DNA from: Octopus sinensis
Taxonomy: Eukaryota
Assembly: GCF_006345805.1 (NCBI RefSeq)
Contig: NC_043005.1
Coordinates: 310,001-374,000, forward strand
Direction: 5' to 3'
DNA: 64,000 nucleotides
Made by a program: the position numbers and the translations under genes. Under the pieces are notes generated by a model. It ran no database searches. It was not told the DNA's origin and worked only from the letters and a program-made list of their open reading frames with translations. Shown here in pieces: positions 1 through 11,814 of this stretch (position 1 is its first letter; each line of letters opens with the position of its first letter).

Positions 1-141
1 TGCAATTGCTTTGGTTTCAGCGCATCATATCAGATCAAAACATCTGCTACGCAAGTACGTCTCCGATAATAAAATTCAAAAATATCTGTTAGAAGATGCT
101 GTACTTATTCATTAAAATAACAAGAAATAAAAAGCACTTAC

Positions 142-259
142 TCGTTGATAAACATAAGTAAATAAGTGTGAGGGGCCAAAATTTTGTAGATTGGATGCGT
201 CGGAAATATATTCCTATGCATGTGAGCACTGACAATTTGCATCAGCATATGGGTTAAAC
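142..259 (-). CDS. Lipoxygenase exon (most 3' exon in window): (G)LTHMLMQIVSAHMHRNIFPTHPIYKILAPHTYLLMFIN
   Basis: ttttcag acceptor and GA|gtaagt donor; 118 bp, completes a Gly codon split 1|2 with the 6957-7053 exon. Encodes the last three His of the lipoxygenase HX4HX4HX17HX8H motif. Confidence 0.93.
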
Positions 260-480
260 CTGAAAAAGAATATTATTTTCATCTTGTATTTTACATCATA
301 TATGCGATAAGCGATTTAAAACGAATACATTTTTATAGTTTTTTGCTGTTTTACTGGCTTCAGTGTTACAGGGGTGACCACAATGGAGCAATGCTTTCAT
401 GGGTTTTTAGTCCTAGTCTTCTATAAGTTTAATTTATTAATATCTAGGTTGTTTTATAGGAAACCTGACTCGAGTTCACA

Positions 481-481
481 A

Positions 482-513
<32 letters not shown>

Positions 514-748
514 TTTTCTTCTTTTTTCATATCTCTTTTCTTTTGTTCTTTTCCTTTTCTTTTTTTCTTTTTTCTTTTTTTTCTTTTTCATTTTTTTTTG
601 TTTTTCTTCTCTTTTACGATCCCTCTTGATCGAAAACCTACGCCACCCTTTATTTTGTTTCATCCCCCAAAAGAAAAGCTCTACCTTGTAACTTGTCCCA
701 TCTGTGTGCAGCCCTGTGTGGCCAATAAAGAAACTTATCTATCTATCC

Positions 749-816
<68 letters not shown>

Positions 817-888
817 GTCTGTCTACCAGTCTGCATGTCTGTGTATCTCTCCGTCTGTCTATCTATCTATCTATCTATCTATCTATAC
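481..888. repeat. (CTAT)n/(CTGT)n microsatellites and a T-rich low-complexity tract
   Basis: Direct reading of tetranucleotide runs at about 481-511 and 737-888, with a T/C-rich run between them. Confidence 0.9.
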
Positions 889-989
889 ATGTTTGTATGT
901 ATGTATTGCAAATTTTATTAGCAATAATATATAGATATTTTGTTATTTTATGGTTAATTTTCCATAATATTTTCCCAGAAGATTTGGAG

Positions 990-3073
990 ATGTTCCTTAT
1001 AAAGTATTCATCAAGCAGAAATTACTGTCACCGACAGTACAATGCATCTCTACGACTTCCAAGGAGGAGGAAGTGGACCAGCGAAGGAAACAGGATAGTG
1101 ATGCAGTGCTACTTAGAAAGTGAACCTAAAAGAAGGGGCCATAGAAAATGGGTGTTGATACTTTGGGTAGAGAAGGGTATGTTTCAAGTAACTGAGCTGA
1201 GATCAGTAGATCAAGCTAATGAAGTGGATGAGAGAATGGAGGGGAGAAGAGATCACTTGAGAACTGGAAAAGAAAGACCAGACAGTGGGAAAGACAAACA
1301 ACGACATAAGAGATACAACTCAAACAAAAGAAGAACCCAAAGGAAAAAAATAATAACAATAAGGAAGGGACAACTGGCTTTGAGTGATTTGAGTGATTTA
1401 AGTGGGGAAGATGAGAATATTTTAGATGAGTTTCAGGAAATAAATGAGTAAAGAAATAAGAAAAAGATTTCCAGCATTAAAAGACATCAACAGAAGGAAG
1501 CTACAAGGAGTGACTTGGAAAGTAGATTCTGTTATCAGCAGCAGGATAGATGCTAAAAATATAGGAGACACTAACTTATTGATCTGTGCAGGAGGGGTAG
1601 TAGTAGTTGCCACAAGATTAGATATTCCACTGGGTAAGATTAGAAAAGAGTAAATGTGGAAAAGGAGACTACAAAACAAAGTGGAGACTTTAAAACAAGA
1701 CCTGGGTAGAATAGAAGCCTGGAAACTGAACAAGTTAGGAAGCACAAGATACAGATCTTCCCTTGAGAAAAGATACCTAGGCAAGAAAGTATTTGGGACA
1801 ATAATAGAAGGTTTGAAACAGCGTATCATAGCAGTAGCAGGCAGCATCTCCAGTTATAAGAAAAGAATAGATCTTTATCAACAGAATAGATTATTTGAGA
1901 CAGACCAGAGGAGATTTTATAACCAAATAAAGATGAGAAACCTAATGCGGAAGAAGCTAGAAAGTTTTGCAGTAATATTTGGGATAGACCAAATGCAGTA
2001 TGGTTAAAGAAAGTGAGGAAAGAAGCAGTGAGTGAGAAACAGCCAAATCTATGATTAGCTACTCTCTTTTACTCTTTTACTTGTTTCAGTCATTTGACTG
2101 CGGCCATGCTGGAGCACCGTCTTTAATCGAGCAACTCGACCCTGGGACTTATTCTTTTGTAAGCCCAGTATTTATTCTATAGGTCTCTTTTGCCGAACCG
2201 CTAAGTAACGGGGAAATAAACACACCAGCATCGGTTATCAAGCAATGCTAGGGGGACAAACAGAGACACACAAACACACATACATATATATATACATATA
2301 TACGACGGGCTTCTTTCAGTTTCCATGTACCAAATCCACTCACAAGGCTTTGGTCGGCCCGAGGCTATAGTAGAAGACACTTGCCCAAGGTGCCACGCAG
2401 TGAGACTGAACTCGGAACCATGTGGTTGGTAAACAAGCTACTTACCACACAGCCACTCCTGCGCCTAGTGTATTAAGTGTTAGGAAAAATGCCGAATTGG
2501 ATGGCGCCAGGACTAGAGTTTGTTCAAGGATAATGGCTAAAGAAATTTAGTAGTTTACATGAAGGTGGATGAGGGAACAATTCCAGGATTGCCTTAATGA
2601 AAGAATAATACCAGATTAGATGGCTAGAGGGAGGACACAACCCTTTATGTAAGATAAAAGCAAGGGTAGTACAGCTAGCAATTATAGACCAATCACTTGC
2701 TTACCACTAGTGTGGAATCCGTTAACAAGAATGCTTTCAGAAAGCATTTACGAGCACCGTGACAACCAGAACCTACTACCAGAAGAACAGAAAGGTTGCA
2801 GAAAGAAGGCTAGAGGAAAACATGATCTATTATACACAGAAAAAGCAATCAATACCACCCAATCTAAAAAAAAAAAAACATCTAAAAACCTTAAAAATAC
2901 CCTACAATCAAGATGTATTGCAAAAGTCGGCATTACTTGGAACTGCACGCATATTGTGTAACGTACTGTCTGTGTGAGGTCCTTGTTGTGACTTGACAAA
3001 CAGTACAAAACCCCGATAGATACAACATCTTCAATCGACAACCACATGATATTGTATAATGTGCGGCGACGTC

Positions 3074-3128
<55 letters not shown>
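990..3128 (+). mobile_element. Decayed R4/Dong-clade LINE with internal deletion and (TAA)n tail
   Basis: N-terminal RRKWT...VMQCYLESEP.RRG.RK motif, FETDQRRFY, RT-start NYRPITCLP...PEEQKGC, C-terminal LQKSALLGTARIL, then a (TAA)n run at 3077-3128. Many stops and frameshifts. Confidence 0.85.
2059..2466 (-). mobile_element. tRNA-derived SINE inserted in the Dong LINE
   Basis: Minus strand has A-box TGGCTGTGTGG and B-box-like GAGTTCAGTCTC, an internal (TG/TA)n tract, and a 3' tail GGTGCTCCAGCATGGCCGCAGTCAAATGACTGAAAC. Confidence 0.88.
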
Positions 3129-3130
<2 letters not shown>

Positions 3131-3375
3131 AAACACAGTAGAAAGTGATAAGTGCAGAATCTCAAGTCAACTACAGTACCAGTGATTGTAGGATCTCTAG
3201 GAATGATAAAAAAGGTACTGTTTAAAAAAGGTAATGTTTATTAATTTTTAAATACATATTTTATCTGTGAATTTGCGCGTGTAATCTGGGAATGCATACA
3301 ATGAGCTTCTCTGCCCTAGGTGTATGGAAAACACTCGGCGAGAAACAAGAAAATTTGAAGAAAGAAGGAAAAACA

Positions 3376-3410
3376 TAATAATAATAATAATAATAATGAT
3401 AATAATGATA

Positions 3411-3463
<53 letters not shown>

Positions 3464-3491
3464 AATAATAATAATAATCATAATAATAATC

Positions 3492-3541
<50 letters not shown>
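3376..3541. repeat. (ATA)n/(ATG)n compound microsatellite
   Basis: Direct reading; it produces the spurious poly-Ile/Met/His ORFs in the track. Confidence 0.95.
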
Positions 3542-3543
<2 letters not shown>

Positions 3544-3544
3544 A

Positions 3545-4520
3545 CAGGTATGGGAAGACATCTCAATCGCCAACCTGAGGAGAATACTAACGAAGGCTCA
3601 TAAGTGGAAATCCCCTGGTATTGATAGAGTACCAAATTTCTGGCTCTCATCACTCTCGTCCGCACACAAAATGTTAGTAATTTCTCTATATATAAACGGC
3701 AAAATGTCTGTGTGTGTGTCCTTTATAGAGATCCACAATTTTTCAGTTAGTGGGTTCGCACTTTCTATGATCATTTCAAACCGTCCAAGGGTGGTCGTGC
3801 ACATCTTTACATTTCCCAGTCACCCCGCAAAGTCATTAAAAAATTAATAGAAGTGACTTTTTTGTGAATTTTCTATCCAAAACCCAATCAAAATGTCCGA
3901 AACTTGATACACCAATTGAATGCCAGCTAGCTATATGTGATTAGTCGGAGATTTGGACAGTACTCGCGTGTACGTGCGCACACACGCAGCTGCATATGCA
4001 TGCACTAGCACTATATAATAGTATTATGAAAGACCCGGAAAAAACACTCCATTGGATGGCAAATGGTATTATTTACCTCCTCCGCAAAAATAAGAAAACG
4101 AAAGACCCAAAAAACTAACGGCCTATAACATGTTTATCTACTACCTATAAGATTTTGACATCTATTCTAGTAGAGAAAACATATACGTTTATGGAAGAGA
4201 ATAACCTCTTCCCCACTGAACAAAAAGGATGCAGACGAGGCTCATACGGATGCAAAGATCAGCTCCTAATTAATTGCATGATCCTTGAGAACTGCCATAA
4301 CAAGCGCAGAAAGCTCAGCTCTTCATGGATTGATTATAAAAAAGCCTTTGACAGCATACCGCATTCGTGGATTCTGAAATCGCTGGACATTTTCAAAATT
4401 TCTCCTGTGATGTCAAATTTTTTAAAGTATAATATGTCACTGTGGAAGACGAAGCTCCAATTATATCATTCTAATGGAGTATTGCGCTCAAACAATATTA
4501 GCATAAACTGTGACAGTGTT
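3545..4520 (+). mobile_element. R4/Dong LINE RT fragment split by a ~320 bp insertion
   Basis: KWKSPGIDRVPNFWL...[insert]...RPITCLSTTYKILTS...EQKGCRRGSYGCKDQLLIN...WIDYKKAFDSIPHSW. Confidence 0.85.
3693..4010. mobile_element. Non-autonomous insertion of uncertain class (Helitron-like or TSD-flanked)
   Basis: Removing it restores the RT frame (LVISLYNSIMKDP). It is flanked by CTATATA at 3686-3692 and 4011-4017. An alternative reading is a TC...hairpin-CTAG element ending at 4008. Confidence 0.55.
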
Positions 4521-4524
4521 CCAC

Positions 4525-6700
4525 CGGGCAGGCTCACAGATACTGGTCCGACTCCAGCCTGTCGTTACCCAGCAATGGACCAGCACACATGACATAGACG
4601 GAACACTGAAATCAATGCTGTTGTCATGGAGTATTACTACCTGAGCAACCATGTAGACGAAAAAGGGGTTCATATAGGGGATACCGACAGAATATGCATG
4701 ATCAACTCACGGAACAGAGCTTATGTGATCAAGCTAGAGCAATGAGAAAAAAATCGTTGGTTCACAAAAGTAGAACTCGAAGCTATCAAAAGACAGTTAT
4801 TGGAAAACAGCAGCAGAGGAAACGATGAAAATACAGTTCCTACAGATAAAAGTAATCTCATAGCAGAAAACAGTGTTGAAATCTCTAATAAACCACAGTA
4901 AAAGAACAGTGATAGCTTGCTCGATGAGAGACATATAGATGGTTTGGGAGAAGACAATAAAACTAATGGTGACATTACAGATGGGCCTTCGACAGAATAA
5001 AGGCAAGGCTACAGGAGATTGATAGCGACATTATTTGCAAACTTAAAAAAGCTGATCGATGGAAATTGAACCAAGAAACGAAAAATGTCAATGAAATTCT
5101 GAAATACATCAGAACAAACAACATCATAGAAACAAATAATTTGATCAAAGCAGCAAGTATTGTTGTAGCAGAAAATGTGGTGTCGATGTCAAGAAAAAGA
5201 AACATAATGGAAGTGAAAAAAGAAAGATCTATGGTGGAAAAGAAGAATACAGGCGAGGTTAGATATGCTCTCGAAGGACATTTCTGAGTTAGGCCGAAAT
5301 GAGAAGGGGGAGCTTAAAAGCGAACAAAAATACAGGGCGCTGAAAAGGAAGTATAATATTGAAAGAAAGGGCCTGAAAGTGGTAATGGAGGAACTGAAAC
5401 AGCGCTTCGTTGCAAAGAAAGCAAAGATGATAAGATACGACTAAAGTGTGAAGGGTTACCACCAGAATAGTTTATTCAGAGTAGATTCTATAAAGAAATA
5501 AATGGAGGATGTACAGATGAAAAGTTGATACCAGATAACATTGAAAGTCAAAGGTTTTGGAATGACATCTGAAGCAAAGACAAGGAGCACAAGAAGGATG
5601 CTGAATGGTTGCAAGAACTGAAACAAACAGTAGCCTGTCCAAAACAGGCAGAAATAGTCATTTCAGTTAAGGAAGTGAAGAAATCAGCAAAAAAAAAAAA
5701 TGAGCAACTTGAAGGCCCCGGGACCAGATGGAGTTCAAGGCTACTGGATCAAAAGATTTGGTGAATGTCGTGCATGAATAGCTGCGCAACTCAACACTTT
5801 GTTAAATGCCGACCAAGCAAAACCAGAGTGGGTGGGACATTGGGTAGGACAGTACTGTGCTTGAAAAACATCGGAAAAGACAATACGGTAGACAATTACA
5901 GGCCGATATCCTGTTTGCCACTTACGTGGAAATTGTTGGTTGGAATAGTCGCAGAGTCAATGTACGGACATCTGGCAAAAAATAGAGTCCTGCCACATGA
6001 GCAGAAGGGGTGCAAGCGTAAGTGCCAGAGGAAGACAAAACTGTACTTAGAGACTGCAAGAGGAGGAAAACTAACTTAGCAATGTCACGGATCGATTATC
6101 GTAAGGCGTACGATATGATCCCACATTCTTGTAGCAGGAGTAATCGCATGGACACTTTGCAACAAGTATGGACTTGACAGAGCAAAAAAGTGGTACGAAC
6201 ATAAACCCAAAGGCACCATCGAAAATTATAATGCAAAGATCCTATATGATTTTATGATTCAGTTCGACTAGGAGATAGAGAATAGGAAGCCGGACATAGT
6301 CTTAATTGAGAAAAAAGCAAACGATGCTGGATGATAGATATAGCATGCCCAGCTGACAACAAAGTATGTGATAAGGAAGAGAGAAAAGTCGAGAGATATG
6401 ACAGGTTAGCTTGGGAAGTTAAGCGGTTGTGATCGCTGAATAAGGTGGTAGTAGTACCAATAATTGTTGGAGCTCTGGGAACAGTGAGTAAAAATCTCGA
6501 GAAGTACGTGGAACAAATAGGGGCTGCAATAAGTGTGGAGACTTGCAGAAAACAGCACTGCTTGGAACCGCTCCAATACTCCGGAAGGTGCTCGAAAAAT
6601 AAGAGGTGTTACCTTAGTTCACTAGTAGTGAACAGCTGACGCTGTAGTACATCTCTAGCGTTAGAAGCTGTGCAAAGACAATAAAATAATAATAATAACA
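4525..6700 (+). mobile_element. Third decayed R4/Dong LINE with restriction-like endonuclease domain
   Basis: VVMEYYYLSN..., [44 protein letters not shown]...IDIACP (PD-D/ExK), VVVPIIVGALG; short (TAA)n tail. Confidence 0.85.
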
Positions 6701-6842
6701 ATCCTTTCTACTGGAAGCCCAAGGCCTTAGAGTTGGGAGAAGGGACTAAGTTGATTACATCGACCCTAGTGCATAACTTGTAATTATTTAATCGAACCCG
6801 AAAGGATGAAAGGCAAAGTCGACCCCGGCGGAATTTGAACTC

Positions 6843-6859
6843 AAACAACAACAACAACG

Positions 6860-6893
<34 letters not shown>

Positions 6894-6915
6894 CGACGGC
6901 GACAACAACAACAAC

Positions 6916-6955
<40 letters not shown>
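6843..6955. repeat. (AAC)n(AAT)n microsatellite abutting the lipoxygenase donor site
   Basis: Direct reading; the GTATTA donor at 6956 runs straight into the repeat. Confidence 0.95.
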
Positions 6956-6956
<1 letters not shown>

Positions 6957-7053
6957 CCAAGTGCACAACAGATTGATGATAATTGGCATCAGCCATATTG
7001 TACCACATTTTAGCAAGAGTCCAAACGCTTTCATCGTCTGTTGGAAGAAAGAC
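6957..7053 (-). CDS. Lipoxygenase exon: VFLPTDDESVWTLAKMWYNMADANYHQSVVHL(G)
   Basis: ttttag acceptor and G|gtatta donor; 97 bp (32 codons +1). Contains the LAKMW..AD..HQ...H lipoxygenase signature. Confidence 0.93.
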
Positions 7054-7239
7054 CTAAAAGAAAGTGGTAAATGTCAATATTTCATAAGTAAATATTTGAA
7101 CATCGAAATGAAATTAACTGGAACACACAGACATATAGACAACCAGATCAACGCATACGCATAGATATCCAGCATGGTTGCATAGACATGCAAATCTCAT
7201 GGGAAGTTGATTTCCTCAAAGAATTGTAACATACATAGG

Positions 7240-8202
7240 ATATAGGGAGAAGTAAGAAGAAAAATAAGCGGAAATGCACATTGGAACTCAAAAAAAGTAA
7301 AGGCTTTTTATGAAAAGTAACGATAGATATATACAATTAGATGAACTGAGGTAGGAATAAAAGTAGTGAAAGTCATTATTGTGAATTGTTAAAGAGATTC
7401 AAAAGCATACCGGTTTCGTAAAATTATTAATCATTCCTTTGAATACACACCGATCACTGCACGGTGTCAGGTCTACTAGTCCCTGAGTAAAAAGATGTGT
7501 AAGGGAGATAAGTAGTTCTTTATTCATTCTTTGTTGTACTGAGGTATTCTGTGAACATTGATAGAAGGGGAAAATTAGGTTTAAGATTCCTAGCACACCT
7601 TTCTATGTGTTCCCTAACCTGTATCTGTCTGTATTGTGTGTGTCGGATTTGTTCTTTGTCTTAGTGACATTCCTGTTTGCCCAATATATTGTTTACCGCA
7701 CCCTAAGCGTGTAATGGCATAGATTAGGTTTTCCGAAGCACAGGTAAACTTTGACTTTATCTTAAATATTTCACCTTGTTTAAAGTGGAACTCTGTACCC
7801 GCCAAAAGGTGGGGGCATGTGCCACAGTTAGATCGTCCGCAGTTTTTCACTTTTGGTTCCTTTGTTAATAGATATAGTCTTGCGTTGGTTAATATTATTT
7901 TTAATGATTTCGGTTGTATTTTGCTCTTGATAATTTTGTGTGAGCCTAAAGTTTTGTTGATTGTTTTATCTCCTGTGAGAATGGATAGATTTTGTATGAT
8001 GATGGGTTTATATAAGATGTCTGTTTCGATATGGCTATTGACTATTTTAATTAGGATGTCAAGAAAAGGAAGTTGTTTATTGCTGTGGTCCATGCTGAAT
8101 TGTATGTTGCTATTGATATCGTTGTGCATTATTTTGAAATCGAGGAGTTTGTCAATGCTATCTTTCCAAAGTATAAAGCAATCATCTAAATAACTCTTCC
8201 AG
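7240..8202 (-). mobile_element. Penelope-like element, 3' part (RT thumb, GIY-YIG, pLTR)
   Basis: LPFLDILIK...TDI.YKP, CGRSNCGTC linker, LIYAIT..GCGKQYIGQTGMSLRQR (GIY-YIG). Homologous to 19642-20750. Confidence 0.85.
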
Positions 8203-8435
8203 TGATGCCCTGGATTTGTAGACTTCGAATCTGCTTTCTCCTTTCTTAATTTCTTAAGACTGGTACGTAGGCAGTGTATTACATATCCCAGTTACCCAAT
8301 AATTACATGTATAAACCTATTATGTCGCACGTTCGGATGACCTCTAATCAACTCAACTCTCGACGTCTAGACTTCTCCCTCTATATCTACATATTGGGCT
8401 AGCCTACTTCATCGTCTGGGGGCGTCCACACAACA
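8203..8435 (-). repeat. Probable 3' LTR of the Gypsy element
   Basis: On the minus strand a purine tract AAAGAGGGAGG (8436-8446) directly precedes TGTTG...CATCA termini. No matching 5' LTR is seen. Confidence 0.6.
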
Positions 8436-11400
8436 CCTCCCTCTTTGAGTTTTTTAAACCCGAATTTATCAATTTTATTTCCTCGGTGAGAATCTGGCAT
8501 ATCTTGTTCTCTTAGCGTTAATTTCCATCATTTCTGTAGGTTTTCTCTTCCTGTTCGACCTACGTGTCGGTTCTGCTTTTGCTTGTGGTTCTGGGATCCC
8601 GAACACTTTTGCTTGTGGTTTTGGGACCTGGAACAAATCATACCATAAATCTATTCTTCTCGCCTCTCTTGGTTTTTGGTATATCTTTTTTTAATCGGTT
8701 TAAATGCCTTCTGTGTTCATATTTTTGTCCTTTTACCATGTACATCACATTACCCAGACGTCCAGTTATATTTCCTTGTTCCCAGTCCTGTTTTTCGTTA
8801 CTATATATTTTAAAATACACTTTGTCACCTGTGTTAAAAACTTCGTTTTTCTTCCCGAATTTTCGATTTTCTGTTTCTGTTCGGCAACCATTTGTCAAAA
8901 ATAGAACGAATTTTTCTGGAAAACATCAAATCTGCGGATGACCTACCCGACTCTGCATTTGGATTCGGTGTTTTTCTATACACTTGCAAAAACTTTGTCA
9001 TATTCGTATCTTCAAAGATCCCTAAGGCTCTCTTGAATGTGTTGACGAATCTTTCCGCTAACCCATTTGACCTTCGATGGTATGGCGGAGTTAACACATG
9101 CTTCATTTGAACCGACTTACAGAATCTTTCGAACTCCTTCGCCGTGAATTGTGTACCATTATCCGACACGATCGTATCTGGCACTCCATAACGAGCGAAC
9201 AGTTCTTCCAAGAAGTCAATAGTCACACTTGTGTTTGGCCTTGAACATTTACACACTTCAGGCCATTTGGAATAGCTATCCACCACAATGATATAATGAG
9301 AGCCATTTATTGGTCCTGCGAAATCCACATGTTGTCTAGACCATTCCGAATCCGTTTTTGGCCACGGCTGAATCTGCACTGGGGGCGCCTTTGCTGCCAT
9401 AGCGCATCCCCTACACTGTTTTACCAGTCTCTCAATTTGCTTGTCCACATTCGGCCAATAAACGTAACTTCTAATAAGGCTCTTCATCCGGACAATCCCC
9501 GGATGTCCTACATGTAAGTCTTTTGATACTCTGTTTTGCAGTACTTAAGGTATTACCACTCTTTGTGCATATAATAATACCTCATCACACACTAAACATT
9601 TTTTAATCTTATTTATGAACCTATCATTTCCCGATTGTAATTTAATTTCTTCCAGCGTTACCGGCAAATTACGTACTACTTTGTACAAAATGTTCTTCAG
9701 TTCCATTTATGTTTTAACTATGCAATCACCGTATCTTCAAAAGGTTCCTCATATTTTGGAATTAGCCTAGACAACACGTCTGCGTGTCCCATTTTCATTG
9801 ATAGCAAAAACTCCATATGGAAATCGTAATTCAACAGGGTAGTTCCCCAGCGCTGTAAGCGGTTTGCTGAGTGCGCGGGGATATCCTTTTTCGTACCAAA
9901 AATAGACAATAACGGCCGGTGATCCGTTTGCAGTGTAAACGTCTTCCCATGTAAGAATTTATGGAAATTTATTACTGCGAAGATTAATGATAACGCCTCT
10001 TTTTCAATCTGGCTGTAGTTTCTTTCTGCTGGTAATAGAATTCTCGATGCATGTGCAATAGCTTTGATTTTACCATCGTTAAATTTATGCAATATCACAG
10101 CTCCTACACCATATTCACTGGCATCCGATGCCACAATTATTTTCAGATTTGGGTCGAAATCAGTTAATGATAACTCTGATGTTAACCGCTTTTTAATTCC
10201 TCGAATGATTTCTGACATTCGTTTGTCCAGTTCCATTTCGAGTCCTTCTTTAGCAACTTATTCAACGGAACTCTTAGCTCATACATTTTAGGTATGCACA
10301 ACTGGTAATAACTTACCAAACCTAAAAATGCTTGTAGTGTTGTTTTGTTAGTGGGGGCAGGCATTTTTTTATCGCGTCGATCTTAGAAGGGTCCGGTTTT
10401 CGCCCGTTTTCATCGATCACCTGTCATAAGTACTTTATTTTTATCAAGAAAATTCCCATTTATCCTCCCTGACTTTGAACCCCTAATCACACATTCGTTT
10501 GGAAACCTCTTCTATATGTTCAATATGTTGGTCCCTTGATTCACTTTTGATCAATATGTCATCCAAGCATGGGACCGCGAACTCACAATCTGCTAGCATA
10601 GCATATAGAGTAGGAGCCGCCCACTCAGAGTAGTCTACTTTTTCAATCATTTCCATGTCTTCCAATCTTTTTAATTCCTTCTCAACTTGATTTAACGCCG
10701 CAAAAGATTCATTCATTTTCGGTTTGAACATCGGCACCGCATTTTCTTTCAACTCAAACATTACTTTAATTTTTTTACACGTACCGAGCTCTTTCGAAAA
10801 AATATCAGGGTACATCTTTTTCAATTTTAATTTCATTTTTTCCGATGCTTTCTCTGACACAGACTGTGATGCCTTCACCTTGTTACATAATGTATTCAGT
10901 GATAGATCCTACAGTTCGAATCCATCCTTCCATTAAATCTGTCCCGAACAGATTCATTGTATTCTTAGATACCATTAGTTTACATTTCCGCGTCCTATTT
11001 TTAAGTTTTATTTCTGGTGAAATTTCGCTCAAGAATTGAACTCGTTCCGCTGACACACCGTAGAGTATCCTAGTAGTTTTTTTATACAACGGTCTGCCTA
11101 TCTTACTCCATGTTGCCGTATTTATTATCGATGCGTCTGAACCGGTATCTAATTGCATTTTGGTCTGAAACCCATTTATTTCTACCAACACAAATTTTCG
11201 GTTTTGTCTGGTATAATTTGCTTGTGTTGAATAGACTTTCTTCTGTTTTACCATTTTCTTTGACCGACATTTCGTCTGTATATGTCCAATTTTACCACAC
11301 TTAAAATAGGTTTTATCTTTTAAGGGGCAATCTTTCCTCAAATGGCGATCTCCGCAATCATACCACCGTTTTGAATTAAAATTTTTCCTTCTTTCTGTAC

Positions 11401-11551
11401 TTTCTTTACACATTTGTACATTATTATTCCTGTCTTCTATCTTTCTTGTATCATCTCGAAGGTTTATTATTTGTTGCCATTCCTCAACCACTTTCTGCAA
11501 AGTGAGTTTCACATCTTGATTCAACTGTGTGGTTACTCTTCTCTGTCCCAA
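8203..11551 (-). mobile_element. Decayed Ty3/Gypsy (K02A2.6-like) LTR retrotransposon
   Basis: Gag CCHC knuckles, protease LDTGS, RT remnant with internal deletion (WAAP...LDDIL), RNase H DASEYGVGAV/AERNYSQIEKE, integrase HVDFAGP/SDNGTQF, in gypsy domain order. Confidence 0.92.
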
Positions 11552-11814
11552 ATCACTATGTCAGTTCTATTATGTTTATTGAGGATTTCACTGGGATATC
11601 CCACCAGCGTTCCTTTTTATTATGAGTGGCTATAGCTTCTACCACACTGTGTGTTCTTATTTATTTGACCTCAGAATTATCCTTTCGAGTGATCTCCTTA
11701 TGCAGTGTCCTGGCTGCAACATTATGTCTCATCGGTACATAATACCATGGTGACATTTTCGGACAACTGCTTATGAAGAGAAGAGAATAGGAAACTGTTA
11801 ATGAATCATTGTTA

